A stretch of 64,000 nt of DNA from Eledone cirrhosa. Taxonomy: Eukaryota. Shown here in pieces: positions 1 to 13,635 of this stretch. Below the pieces are notes generated by a model. That model saw nothing but the letters and a program-made list of their open reading frames with translations. It searched no databases and was not told the origin of the DNA. Each line of letters opens with the position of its first letter. The stretch's first letter is position 1. The DNA lies in NCBI GenBank assembly GCA_964016885.1, contig OZ024740.1, forward strand, positions 140,306,001 to 140,370,000, written 5' to 3'. The position numbers and the translations under genes were made by a program.

Positions 1-99
1 AAAAACAAAGAAAAGATTTTTTAAATGTAGGGAGAAATCATTGATTGAGGAGATATTTGACGTGTAGTGGTGGTATGTGACGTAGTGCCTTTGTGATTA

Positions 100-225
100 T
101 ATATGGCGTATTGTGGTTATATATGACGTATGTAGTTATATATGACGTATTGTAGTTATATATGACGTATTGTAGTTATATATGACGTATTGTAGTTATA
201 TATGACGTATTGTGGTAGTATATGA
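100..225. repeat. 20-bp minisatellite (tatatgacgtattgtagtta)n, decaying out to ~540
   Basis: About 5 near-identical tandem units are visible. Confidence 0.85.
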
Positions 226-554
226 TATATGCAGTGATATATGGTGTAGTGTGTTATATGACTTATTATGGTATATTAAGCTTTGCAGTATATGATATAT
301 TGTTATACATAATGCATTGTGGTGATATATAACATAATGTGGTAATATTTGACGTAGTATGGTATGTCATATATGATAGTGTATGAGGTATATGACATAC
401 TGTGCTAATATATAACATATTGTGGGAATGTAAAGCGTAATGTATAGCGTATGGTATATGATATATTGTGGTGTGTGATATATTGATATATTTTATTGTA
501 TTAGGTAAATGATGGATTGTGGTTTATGACGTATTATATAATAACAAGATCACG

Positions 555-840
555 TGTTGGACATCCGTCGGTTCAGACGATGAGCGTCTTAGATGTAGGA
601 ATAACAGAACAGCCTGCTCGTGAAATTAACGTGTGAATAGGTGAGCACTCCATATACATGTTTTCAGGGAGATTCAGCGTGACATTATGTGACATGGTTG
701 ACCCTTTGAATAACATATAGCAAGTTGAGTAGATTGGAGTAACGTGAAATAAATTGTTATTCTGAAGTACATAATGCGCTGCTGAGAATCGAGCTTACGG
801 TCATCAGCCGAAAACTCTAACCACTATACCAGGCTTTTCA
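555..840 (-). mobile_element. tRNA-derived SINE (family A), decayed
   Basis: Shares gaacagcctgctcgtgaaattaacgtg / gggagattcagcgtgac blocks with copies at 12880-13030, 48928-49240 and 61470-61650; tRNA-like head at the right end. Confidence 0.7.
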
Positions 841-1028
841 TGGTATTAACAACTGCTGCATCAACAACGATAGTAGAAATAGTAGAAATAACAAATAACA
901 ACAAACTCATTAATCCTGATTAAGTGTGAGAAGAAAATGCCTGACAATGAAAACAATCGAGAGTCTTATACAACATTATTTTTGGCAATAATACTTTCCG
1001 ATAAAACTTCAAATTAATTTATTTCGTT

Positions 1029-3150
1029 ATGACTCAAGAAACAACACCAACAACATCAACAACTCCCCCCACCATCACCACCACTACAAAAAACATTGTG
1101 ACAAATAATAGCAACAACATAAAGAACAAAAACAACACCAGGGACAACATGAACGCCAACAACAAAAGCGGGGACCAAAGCAACAATAACAACAGCAACA
1201 AAACCATGGAAAAAATGAATTACACCAACAACAGTACAACAACAAAAACGTTTTGGGACATCGTAAATGCAAATTTTAAAAAATGCTTCCATCAACACTG
1301 GAAAACAAAAACTCTGAATTGGCTCAAGCCAAAAAGATAATAAAATTTGAAGGTAGGAAGGCAGTAGTAATGGTGCCACCCTAAATAGTAGCAGAAATGG
1401 GGAGAACGGCCTCCTATGTACTCGGCGAGCCGAACCTGCTACAGTTACTCAAGTAGAAGGGGGCACTAAAAGACCTAATAGCAGATATGGCCCACGTACA
1501 AAGAGCAAGACAGTTCGCCAGCGTCGAGGTCGTCTTTAAAAGTAAGGACCTCACACGAAAACATTCGATAGTCTCCTGTTTGAGTGAGGAGTTCGTCCTT
1601 TATCCAACCTACCTTTGAAGAACTGTCAGGTTGAGAATACCAGGTATTCTGCTAGGCGTAAAAGTCTGGTGGATCTTGGTTTGCGTTGTCCTCGGGAATC
1701 CGTACACACTCCTCAAGGTTAAACGCAGCGAAATAAAAAAATTGGTCTGGATAGACATGGAGATTTTGCTTCAGGTGAAGCGAGACTAAATAGAAAAGAT
1801 ACCAGCCCTAATACAGCTGCCCAACGGAGTAGACCTCTGAATAAATATCGAAGGGAAAGTTAAAATGCCATTTGTATGGATCCACAAGCCACCCAAGAGC
1901 TTTCTGCCCACAAAAATTAGGAAACCACTGGCCATTGCTACTACCAACACCCCGACCTCAACAGAAGCAACAACAACGACAGTAAGCCACTCCTGCAGCA
2001 ACAGCAACAACTATTACGCCTGCAGCTGTAAATCCAACAAGACCAGCAGCTACAACGACATCGACAAAAGTAACAGACAACTAGTGAACCAACAGTGGCA
2101 GCAGAAGCAACCATCACCACTAACAACAACACCAACACGTAAAAGACATGCCCCTTTTCAACGTCACACAGATGGATATGGATTGTGAGAAGAACCCCAA
2201 AAGAAACAGAAAAAACTCTTTGTATTTGCCTTCAAATAAAGAGGGTGAAAGTGGGGAAAAGAAAAAAGCTAAAGCAGTGAGGCAACAAATGCCAATACCC
2301 ATACAAACTTCACCATCATCATCACCACCACCATCACCATAAACACCTTAACAGACAACACGGGCACCAACAACATCTTCAATACAATCCAACCAGCACC
2401 TGCAACAACAACAAACGCAAACTCAACAAAAGGACACAAATTTCACAGAGTAATAAACACAAACAACAGAAAACTAATTCACCACTTACAACACAACACC
2501 AGGTCACTGAACATCAATGTGGTGGTCATCAGCGAGATCAGAATTTCCGAGGCACGAGCTTTCGCACCCATTTTCGGCGGCTGCAAGGTGTACGCATCTC
2601 CAAGCTGTCCTGGATCTGGAGGTGGAGTCACTGTGTTGTTTCGGAAATGCTTGGATCTCAGGATACAGATCATCTTCCTAGACCCAGAAGGTAGTGTTGC
2701 TTGACGTGACCAGCAGCCGAGGGTATACCTTCAGGCTAGCGGCCATCTATGCCCCGACAGGGGCAGGAAAGCCTGATTTCTTCAGTCGCCTGGAGAACTT
2801 TCTAGGAACGTCCTGCTCCTTTGTGTTAGTGGGTAACTGGAATAGTATCTTAGACGCACGCTGGAACTATGGGATAATAGCAGATAGGGAAGGAGGGTGT
2901 AAAAACCTCGCAATCCTGCTCAGACGCTTCCAACTGCCTGACAGGTGCTGACTGGATACCACGAAAGTGCCAATGTGGATACGGTCAAACCGCATCGGGT
3001 CATCCAGATCGTATCTAAATAGAGTATTCTGTAGAAAAATAGATAAGGCTAGCATAGGGTGTCCTGATTCCAAAGTTGTCGACAACACAGAGCTCAAATT
3101 TGTGATCCCTGTGATCGACTAAGAAAGGCTTCATAGACAGGGACCCGGTT
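1029..3150 (+). mobile_element. Decayed L1/Tx1-clade LINE 5' part (ORF1 remnant plus APE endonuclease)
   Basis: Thr/Asn-rich ORF1 start; frameshifted APE peptides (VVISEIRISEARAFAPIFGG, FRLAAIYAPTGAGKPDFF, LVGNWNSILD) homologous to 36265-37140; ends at the GPGY(WK) motif. Confidence 0.9.
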
Positions 3151-3329
3151 ATCTATCTATATTCGATCCATCAATCTATCTCTCTGTCTCTGTCTATCTG
3201 ATTGTCTGTTCAGCTTTTTCGCTATCTGTGTATCTATCTAGCTATCTGTCTCTATGTATGTTTCTCTATCTATCTATGTATAATTTTTTGTTTATCTATC
3301 TATATTTTCATCTGTCTATCCTTCTATCT

Positions 3330-3578
3330 ACCAATCTACTTTTTCCGGGCAGAAGGTCCTACCGAACAGACTGGCCAGTCTGTCTTCCTCTACGCCTAGA
3401 GTTTCTCCGAGCGCGTCGTTGCACTTGCTGCGGACCAACCCTCTATAGAATGACGAAGTGGAGTCTCCACTGATCGCCGGGTCCGCCTGCCAGAGGGCTG
3501 TGAGTGCCTGAGCACATTCGATGTGCCAGTCGCCCATTTTCCTCGGTCTTTGCTTGACCCTGGACTGCAGCTCGGTCA
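3330..3578 (-). mobile_element. Tx1 LINE ORF2 fragment (post-RT region)
   Basis: LTELQSRVKQRPRKMGDWHIEC...FYRGLVRSKCNDALGETLGV matches 28607-29197 and 33726-34500. Confidence 0.9.
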
Positions 3579-5224
3579 GATAGATAGATAGATTGCTATG
3601 ATTGTAGATCGGTGCCATTGCGTGCTTACTCCTAGTAAATCTGGAAGGTATTACAACAGTAGGTTGAGGTTTTTGCCTCATTAACCAGGTCAGTTCAGAT
3701 TGTTGGCATCACAGAAGCTGTTACGTTATTTTGAATATATATTTTCTATTGGAAAAAAATCTTTGGTGTACCTCTTCCTTATCAGTACTTATTTCATACT
3801 ATCTGTCCGTCTATCAGAATCTCATAACCAATTCCTTTTGTGTTAATCTCATTTTCAAATCGCAATTCTCACTTTCATGTCATAAAATCTCATTTAGAGA
3901 TCCTTAATCTCACTTTGAACTGATATGTTCTCACTTATAATTACAAGTGCTGTAGAATTATTGTTTGATGTTAAAAGTGGACTATCGGTCAGTGCGGTCA
4001 GATGTGGCAAAATATATCATCCACCACCACTGCTTCAGCTACAACTACCAACACCACTATCAACATCACTAACAACACCATCAACAACACCACAATAACG
4101 ATCACCGACACAACCAAAACCATCAATACCATCACTACCAACAGCAGCACCACCACCACAATCACAACCACCTCCACCACTGATACAACCAAAACCATCA
4201 ACACCGTCACTACCACCAGCACCAGCATTAACACTACCACCACCACCACCACCACCACTATCAATAACAACACTTGCACCATCAACAATATCAGCAACAA
4301 CACTACCAACAACATCATCAAAACTACTATAACTACCAACAACAACAACAAACGCCACCAACACCACCACCATCACTATACAACTCTAATGTAAACATAG
4401 CTATACAAATGATAAAGCACATAACATCACTGAGCTTATTAATCTTCTCTTTTCTAACTTTTGAAGAGACGTAAAAGATTAAGACGAAATTTATCGCTCT
4501 TCTCCCTTCATTGTATTTATCTACCGATATACTTAATATACAGGAGTCTTAAACACGCGGCCCACAAGCTACTTTTCTATGGCTCGCGTCAGAACAATTT
4601 TCGTGACTAATATTTTCCTAAAACTTGAAAATTAGTCCCTCTTGTGTGTAGGTACATATATACTTGTATATAGGCTTTTAAAGAAAATTTGAAACGAAAA
4701 ATCTGTCCTATATGTTGTACTAATTAACATACCCCTTTACTTTCTTATGCATGTTAATTTTGATGAAAAGAAAACGTAAGTAGCAATCTATTGGCTGTAT
4801 TGCAAATTAGCATTCTAAATTGGGGAAATCACGCCCTCCCCATATCACTTTTGACCTGCTGTGCCTCTCCCTCAAGGCGTAAGGGTCCTTTTGAGTCATT
4901 GTGTTTGCGAACCTTAATCTATCTCGATCTGGCTATCCTTTTTAAAATCAGTTTTGTGAAACTGCAAAGTTCTTGTCTGTATAATAGGGGACATTTGTTT
5001 AACACCCCATGCAGTGGGATTGAACCAGAAACCTCAAAAATGCGAAACGCACTTCTTAACCACACAGCTGTCTGCGCCTATAACGGTTAAGATTATTGTA
5101 TAATAAACTTGAAGTTAAATGACACAATTATATACAAGCCAAACATGGTGTTTTACATAAAAATATCGTGTATGACTTCATATACACCTTTATTATGATT
5201 CACGCTATGTTAGTGTCACTGATA

Positions 5225-5225
<1 letters not shown>

Positions 5226-5307
<82 letters not shown>
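5226..5307. repeat. (TG)n microsatellite
   Basis: Directly visible. Confidence 0.98.
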
Positions 5308-5310
<3 letters not shown>

Positions 5311-5790
5311 TTCAAAACAGTGCGCCACACCAGACAAAAACAAAGGAAAAAATATCTGGAAAGGGACAGTCCCATCTTCTCAGTCAATTCCTAGAAATCA
5401 CAACAGTTTCGAAGCTTTAAGGTTGACACTATTCAATCCAGTGCATATTGGATCGCAACAAAACAGAGGACAAGTATATATTCCGGTGAATTACACAAGT
5501 AAAGACGAAAAAACAAAAAAAAGAGAAAGGAAACGAATGCGCAAATGGTTAGCCAAAGAAAAACATATATAGAAAAGAGAAAGATAGAAAAATAGTAAAA
5601 CAAAAGGACTTTAAGTCCAACGTGTAGATTGAAAAGAAATGACAATGGGGTATATATATGTATGTATATGTATGTATATATAATATATAGAGAGACAGAT
5701 ATAGATAATTGTAACAAAGAAGATTTGGTAAGATACCAGGTGGACCATAACGCACCAGAGTACTCGATACTTAGGGTAGTAGAGTGGGTA

Positions 5791-5929
5791 ATAGGAAAAG
5801 AGTCAGGACCCTGACGGCTGAGCTCCGGCCGTTTCGACAGCTAGATCCGAACTAAGCCAGACTGCTGGCTTAGTTCGGATCTAGCTGTCGAAACGGCCGG
5901 AGCTCCGCCGTCGGGATCCTGACTCTTTT

Positions 5930-5934
<5 letters not shown>
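5791..5934. repeat. 144-bp foldback palindrome with a 4-nt spacer, abutting (TA)n
   Basis: Arms ataggaaaagagtcagga...aagccag / ctggctt...tcctgactcttttcctat with few mismatches. Confidence 0.95.
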
Positions 5935-5964
<30 letters not shown>

Positions 5965-6058
5965 AAAATTTAAATTAAATTAATCGTGTCATGTCAGAGA
6001 GACATGCGCCATATCCACTGTAAAATATGCTCCAAGATTCCAATGAATAGATCCGAGC

Positions 6059-6560
<502 letters not shown>

Positions 6561-6563
6561 AGT

Positions 6564-6615
<52 letters not shown>

Positions 6616-6619
<4 letters not shown>

Positions 6620-8900
6620 GTTTGTATATAATAAAACCAAAACACTGCAGGTATGGACATAGAATAAAGAATGCAAATGCAAAAGATATTGTTGACAATT
6701 AGTCTTAAATAAATAGCCGAACTTTTCAAGGGTACTTCCTTATATGGGAAGATTGTAGTTGTCAAGGGGATTAGTCAAAATTTGTAGCGGACACAAAAAA
6801 GTCTATCATGGCAGCGGGGTAGGGATGGCTGAACTTGCCTGTAGAACGATAGGGGAGTGGGTAGATCCGGTCAAGCGTAGAAGGTGAAATCTACACGGCA
6901 AATTCTAAGGAATGTGTATGAAAGTAGGCGAAAGGAGGTTGGCGAAAAAAGGTATATTTAGAAAGTGGAGGAGGGACGTTATAGAAATAGTAAATCAAAT
7001 GCGATTAGGGGACAAAGAAAAAATATAATATAAAAGAATATAATAAAAAAAATGAGAGAAAGATGTAACAGAAAGTAAGATTGGAAAGTGAGAAGTGAAA
7101 TAAGGAGTCTAGCACAGCTGCTATATTTCTGCCAAAGCCACAGAATGGGTTGCTAGATGACAATAATTGAAAAATTTAGAATTAAAAATTAATACCACAT
7201 ATCTGGGGTCTAACACAGCTGCTATGAATAGTTAGTATAGCGTAATCGGTAAATACTATCTGTAAGTTCCTGGGGTGGGGGTACTGAGGCTAAAGAGGCC
7301 CGATGGGCTGCCTCGGGGTAGGCGAAAGGGGAAAAAAACAAAGAAACGAACGAGGAAGAAGTTTGGTGGTGGAAAGAAGTGATAAGGGAAGAAGAAAACA
7401 TGGAGGAAAAGAAAAGAGGTACATCTACCTATATCAGTAGGGGTTTACCCTATCTTATTCGGCAAGTGGGTTGTTTCAGCTCTAGTCTACCCACCAGGAT
7501 CGTTAGGGAGTTTGAGGGCGAGGTAAGTCTTCCGCAATCTGTGTTTGCATGCAGTTACCAGTTCGTCTTTTTTTTTAGGAGTTGATCCTTCGTAAACAGC
7601 ATTTGTAATGTTTCCTCCGAGTATAAGTTACACTTCCTCCCGTGTAAGAGTTAGCTCTGGACAGTAAGCTCCAAGTAAGATGGTAAGTTATATTATTATC
7701 TTGGAGGTCCCAGATATGGCCCGAAAGTGTGGTGGCATGTCACCGGACCGGGTTCCGGAATGTATGTCGGTGTTGGTAGAGCCGGGTCTTAAAGTCACAA
7801 GCGGTTAATCCTATATAAGCTTTGTTGGAGGTGTCCGTCCTCACGTTGCACTGGTAGATCACGTTGCACTGGTAGATCACGTTACGTTCTCGGCATCTGT
7901 TATTGAGGAGGCACGTAGATCTATCAGGGCAGTTACACCTCCTGGTCGGCTCTCCACTAATTTCTAGGTTGTTTCTTCCATAGGGGTTGAGTTTTTTGTT
8001 GTTTGAGGAGACGATGTTCTGTGCGAAGTTGGGTGTGGTGCTGTAGGATAGCTTGATAGTGTTTTTGTTGATTATGTTGTGGTAGCGGCGTTGTGGTGGG
8101 AAGTGTTTTTCGAGGAGCCTAAAGAAGATTTTCCCGATAGGTGTTGCCACCTCGGCATTGTGGGGAGAATTGAACCACGTTACGTGGCGTGAGCGGCGGC
8201 GTCGCCTGCTGGTTCCGCTAAGGGAAGCTGGATAAAAGTATATTTCCTCCTGGAAGCCACTCTGCTTGAGGGCCTAGTTGTAATGAGGCGCATGTTCGTC
8301 GAATATCTGCTCATTAGCGGACAAACGAGATGTGCAGGGGGAGATGTTTTTAACCAGATTATTGGTGATGTTTCTAGGATGGTTAGAGTGGTGGTGGATG
8401 TAGTGCAGGTTGTTGTTTGGTTTCCTGTATGGGTAGTACATGTCATTTTCGAGGTGAGAGTAACGTCCAGGAAATTTACTCGGGTTAGGGACGTTTGTAG
8501 GGTGATTTTAAATCCCCAGTCCCGGAAAAAGTTGATAAGTTATTTACGGACCCGGTCTGTACTACTGGGGTTGTACCCTTTGAGGGTAAGGAGCCCATCA
8601 TCTCGGTACAATCCACCGCCGAATGCGGGAAACATTTCGGTGAGTTTAAATAGTAGGAATAATCCTATAAGATCGGTGACCTCGGCCGAATCGGTCGCGC
8701 CCATGCTGACGTCGAAGGGGGAGTCGGGAGCTCTCTTTATCCACTTGGAGTTGTCGAAAAGTAGGACTGTCTTCCTGGCGTGGAGAATGATATTTCTTTT
8801 CTGTGTCCGCTACAAATTTTGACCAATCCCCTTGACAACTACAATCTTCCCATATAAGGAAGTACCCTTGAAAAGTTCGGCTATTTATTTACCAGACTAA
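6616..8900 (-). mobile_element. Penelope-like element 1, 5'-truncated and decayed, with ~100-bp inverted terminal repeat (6699-6801 / 8796-8900)
   Basis: Minus-strand peptides FDVSMGATDSAEVTDLIGL, GGGLYRDD, VNFLDVT (RT) and CNCPDRSTC...VIYQC...YIGLTACDFKTRLYQH (GIY-YIG); inverted repeat directly visible; (TA)n flanks. Confidence 0.9.
7500..8793 (-). pseudogene. PLE RT/GIY-YIG ORF with stops and frameshifts
   Basis: ORF 7740-8150 plus manual translation of 8450-8793; homologous to the ORF at 55470-56939; left boundary approximate. Confidence 0.85.
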
Positions 8901-8994
8901 AAAAAACTCTTACTTTAGTCCAGAAATACCCGTCGAAACGGCTTGAGCTCTGCCGTCGGGGTCATACTTTCTCCTATTTAAATATATATATATA

Positions 8995-10227
8995 CATATA
9001 TGCGGACGGTATTTGAGGACATGTATTTTTAGTCATCATTTTATTTGACTAATTTTTATTGAATTTCCATTTCAGAAAATAACAATGAAAATAACTATGC
9101 TTACTAAAGAAATGAAAAGGTATGCTGTGATTGTAGCTTTGAAGGCTAAGCATGGTGATTTAGAAATTTCTCGTTTTCTGAAAGTTGCAAGATCTTTTGT
9201 CCACAAAATTCGGTGTGAGTTAGAGAAAGATGGAAGCGTATTACCTGTATCAAAACGTAAAAAACATTCCAAACGCTCTGATTCTATCAGGACACCTGAA
9301 TTTATTCAGGAAGCTAAGCAAAACATTGATGACAATCCAGGAAAATCAATGAGGTCAATTGCAAAAAATGTTGGTGTGTCGGAAAAAAACAATCAGAAAT
9401 GTTGTGCATGAAGACATCAGATACAAATCTTACGTGATGAGGAGAGGTCAATTCATGTCAGAAAAAACAAAAGAAAAGCGTTTAATCAGATGCAAAAGAC
9501 TTAAACAAACTTAAAAATCCATCAGAAGATGGTGTGATTTGGTTTTTCTTAGATTAGAAAAATTTTGACCAGGACCAGAAAACTAACAGAAGAAATGACA
9601 GGTCGCTATGTGCAGACCCTTCTGAGGTTCCAATAGTAATGCACACAAAATTTCCTGCAAGTGTCATGGTTTTGGGTGTTGTTAACAATGAAGGACATGC
9701 GATGCCTCCTCACTTTTTTCCACAAGGCCTTAGTGTGAATGCTGCTGCATATATTGAGGTTCTGGATAAAGTTGTTAAGCATTGGATCAACAGTGTATGC
9801 AATGGAGGCCTTATGTCTTTCAACAAGATTCTGCACCATCACACAAGGCTCAAATGACACAAGAATGGATGGCTGACAATTTGCATGATCACATCACCCC
9901 CAACATTTGGCCTCAATCCACCGGACTACTGTGTATGGAACACTGTTGAGAAAAATGTCAATGAACACCCCCATAGCACCAAAGATTCTTTGAAAGCCGC
10001 CATAATTCAAGTCATGTCCGATATGAACAAGGACCATTTAATCCGAGCTTGTAAACGATTTCGACCCCGTGTAGAGGCAGTTATGGTGGTTTTATTGAAT
10101 GAAATTATTAAATTGATAATTTAGCTTTATGTTTATGTTATCTTTATAAGAATACAGTTTTTTTCTGTTATTATATAAGCGTTTTTTCTAAACCATAAAT
10201 CTGTCCTCAAATACCGTCCGCACCCTG
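8995..10227 (+). mobile_element. Tc1/mariner DNA transposon (probably DD37D/maT-like) with a decayed transposase
   Basis: TIRs tgcggacggtatttgaggaca / tgtcctcaaataccgtccgca(ccctg)|TA; transposase fragments 9085-9411, 9639-9857 (KFPASVMVLG), 9885-10124 (LNPPDYCVW). Confidence 0.9.
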
Positions 10228-10231
10228 TATA

Positions 10232-10925
10232 TCTGTATATATATATATAAAGACGAAGTTTTCTGTATGTGTGTGTGTGGACAATTTTTAACGAGGGCTC
10301 ATATATTCTAAACCATTCATGCGATTTCTTTGAAATTTTTTACAGAGCTTCTCCTTGCACAAAACCCGTACATGATCTACAAAGGCTTTCAAAAATCGAT
10401 ATTGGGGCCTTTGGAGACATTAAAAAAGTTTCGGTTATTTGTGTGAATTTTCGTGATTAAGTAAGACAAGAGTTATCTTTCGTAATTCGGCTCATTTGAT
10501 TTTAATTTACTCTTTGTACTTGAAACAAAAGATACGCTTCCTTGAGACTAACAATATCATTTTGTATATTTCACAACCAGCAATTTCTAACCAATTACTG
10601 AGTTAAGTTATAGATTTGACATTGTATAATTTATCGTTTCAAGCTTGATGTTCATACATTAAGTGATGTCATAACTTTTACAATATTATGCTTTGTATAT
10701 AATAGTGTCTATTATTCACTTCACTTCTCTATTTCATGATGCGCTTTTACTGTTGTCAAAAAAGACACCGAGCTCACATATTGATTATTTCGCTGGAATA
10801 GTGCCTAAGGTTTTCATGTTTACATAAAGTACGTTTTTCTTCTATGTATTCAAATTTATTTTGTTTAGTTTAATGAGCTACATCGAAAGCTACTTGAACC
10901 GTCCAAAGGACGGGTAGTTTAGCTA

Positions 10926-10926
<1 letters not shown>
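10232..10926 (+). mobile_element. Non-autonomous Helitron
   Basis: A|TC start, subterminal hairpin ccgtccaaaggacgg (10899-10913), CTAG|T end. Confidence 0.8.
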
Positions 10927-10962
<36 letters not shown>

Positions 10963-10963
<1 letters not shown>

Positions 10964-12143
10964 TAGCAGCAGTACCCAGCGTTGCCTGGGTAGGTAAAAT
11001 AATATCTGCTTTGATGAAAAGGTGTTGATCTTAGCGACTGCTTCTCGATGACTCATCTATGGCCACACACAGGCCATGCGAGGGAGAGTGGTGATGACCT
11101 CTATCACTGAGAAACGAGGGTGACTGACGAAGGGGCATGCTGGGTAATGACCTCTAGCACTAAGCCAAATTTCTTCACGCTACTTGATTGGAAACCGATG
11201 AATTCTCAAATACACAACTAAAAGCTCAGACGACGTCAGTGGCCATCGTTTTGCCTTTGACCATCTATAAGATGTGCAATGATAGGTTTTATCGTAGTAT
11301 AAAAGTTGAACCAAATAAATTGATTTATGTGTGAGGTAGAGCCGAAGTTTCGAATTTGAACGAAATCGGTTGAAAAATGTGGGAGCTAATGATAGGTCGC
11401 CGTTCCTGAACAAAAAATGCAAAGTGTAAAGCTACTATAAGATGTGCAATGATAGGTTCTATCGCAGTATAAAAGTTGAACCAAATAAATTGATTTATGT
11501 GTGAGGTGGAGCCGAAGTTTCGAATTTGAACGAAATCGGTTGAAAAATGTGGGAGCTAGAGCCGAAAAGGTGGAAATTTGAGCGAAAATGTGGTATTTTC
11601 GAATATTTAAGCGGCTCCCACGCCGTTCGTGAACAAAATATCCAAAATATAAAGCCACTTAAGACGTGAAATAATCAGATCTAGCATAGTGTAAAATTTG
11701 AACAAAGTAGGTTGATTAATGTGGGAGCTAGAGCCGAAAAAGTGGAAATTTGAGTCTAAAAGTGGTATTTTTGAATATTTAAGCGGCTGCCACGCCGTCC
11801 CTGAACAACAAATGCAAATTATAAAGCCATCACAGGATGTGCAATGATAAATTCTATTTTGCTTTAAAATTTGAACGAAATCGGTGGCAAAAAATGCTAG
11901 AGCCAAAAATCTTATTTTTCGATACCTAAAAAAAAGGTGACCCCCCCCCCCCTCCTATAGATTTTTATCTGCAGAATGACCCCGGAATAAATAAAAAAAA
12001 CGATACGCTGATATATAGAAAACACTCCTCGGTGACTAATCTATGAGCCTGTAAATTTCATGAAAATCGGTCGTAAGATGTAGGCCCGCCCCTATAGGTA
12101 ATACACACAGACACACACATACTTAATTTTATATATATACAGA
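10963..12143 (-). mobile_element. Non-autonomous Helitron with internal ~180-bp tandem duplications
   Basis: CTAG at 10963, hairpin acccagcgttgcctgggt, and tatatatacaGA|T at the other end (5' TC on minus); repeats at ~11265-11390 and ~11435-11560. Confidence 0.8.
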
Positions 12144-12879
12144 TATATATATATTTTAATATATATATATATATATATATATACAAAATTAGATTAAATT
12201 AAGGGTGTCATATCCGAAAGACATGCGCCATATCCAATGTATAATATGCTCAAAGATTCCAATCAATAGATCCGAGCATTTTATATCAACTAGAAATTGA
12301 TTGACATATACATATATATCTAAAATAAACACATGAAGCAATCACAGGGGATAATTTGTAAAGTGTGTAAGTACACACTGCTAGGTAGGTAACCAATTAA
12401 AGTTTAACTAGAACTTCAAATACCTTTTAAAATGATTAATCTTCCTTGTATGTAATTCATTAAAGAAATATATTTCACCATTAATCCGTAAATCACAGTA
12501 GTCAAATCCCGGATTTTCAACAAGGGATATATATATATAGTTACCGAGACGATAGATATAATATTTGATATAGCTCACTTGCTCTCAATTATCCACTCAA
12601 TAAGAAATAGTTTGAACGTATACGCGAGCCAACCATTCTCAGAGTGGTAACAAAATGTATATTTGTAATAGATATATATAAAAACTTAGTTACAACAGTG
12701 ACATATAGAGGTACTTAAGTTTCATTGGGTTATGCACCCCAGCTCACTCAAACTTATGTAAATATGTATGTATTAGTCTATTACTTGTTCCAGTCAACAT
12801 GCTGAGGCCATGCTGGAGCACCGCCATTATGTTCACGTTTCTCCATTTTATTGAAAAATATCAGTTGTACCTGTAATTT

Positions 12880-13030
12880 AAAGGGCCTGTCTTGTGACGC
12901 TGAATCTCCTTGAGAAGTACAGGTGTTTATGGAATGCTCAGTCACTTTCACGTTAATTTCACAAGCAGGCTGTTCCACTGTTTCGAACAACTGAAACACT
13001 CGGCGTCGAACCGACGGAGATCCAACATAC
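12880..13030 (+). mobile_element. SINE family A 3' part
   Basis: gtgacgctgaatctcc...cacgttaatttcacaagcaggctgttc matches the other copies. Confidence 0.7.
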
Positions 13031-13059
13031 GCACACACGAATGTATGTATCAAAATATA

Positions 13060-13137
13060 CAGGGTGTTCCCCAAAAATGTATACACACTTCAACAACATT
13101 CTAATAAAAGTGTATATATATTTTGGGGGACATCCTC
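13060..13137. mobile_element. Tc1/mariner-type MITE
   Basis: TA|cagggtgttccccaaaaatgtatacacactt and its imperfect inverted copy. Confidence 0.65.
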
Positions 13138-13164
13138 TCTCTCTATATATTTTTTTTTTATTTA

Positions 13165-13320
13165 TACATGTATGTATATATGTATGTACGTATGTATGTA
13201 TGTACGTATGTATGTTTGTTTGTATGTATGTAAGCATGTATGTATGTATGTATATATGTATGTACGTATATATGTGTATGTACGTATGTATGTATGTTTG
13301 TATGTATGTAAGCATGTATG

Positions 13321-13352
<32 letters not shown>

Positions 13353-13635
13353 CGTATATATGTGTATGTACGTATGTATGTATGTTTATATGTATGTATG
13401 TAAGCATGTATGTATGTATATATGTATGTATATATGTATGTACGTATATATGTGTATGTACGTATGTATGTATGTTTATATGTATGTATGTAAGCATGTA
13501 TGTATGTATATATGTATGTATATATGTATGTACGTATATATGTGTATGTACGTATGTATGTATGTTTATATGTATGTATGTAAGCATGTATGTATGTATA
13601 TATGTATGTATATATGTATACATTTATGTATGTAT
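13165..13635. repeat. (TATG)n-based compound satellite with a ~70-bp higher-order unit
   Basis: Recurrent gtaagcatgtatg / gtacgtatatatgtg landmarks. Confidence 0.9.

Noticed and set aside
3998-4474. Thr/Asn-rich mucin-like ORFs (also poly-Gly 15762-16116 and poly-Thr 27766-28235, 40433-40873)
   Set aside because: Trinucleotide low-complexity tracts open in several frames on both strands; no domain or splice support
5808-5915. CTGACGG in the left arm completing a hammerhead with the right arm
   Set aside because: It is just the reverse complement of the GUC flank; lacks A9, has poor stem I, and would be sequestered in the hairpin
8283-8822. 179-aa plus-strand ORF, and similar antisense ORFs across the LINEs
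   Set aside because: Antisense shadows of retroelement coding sequence
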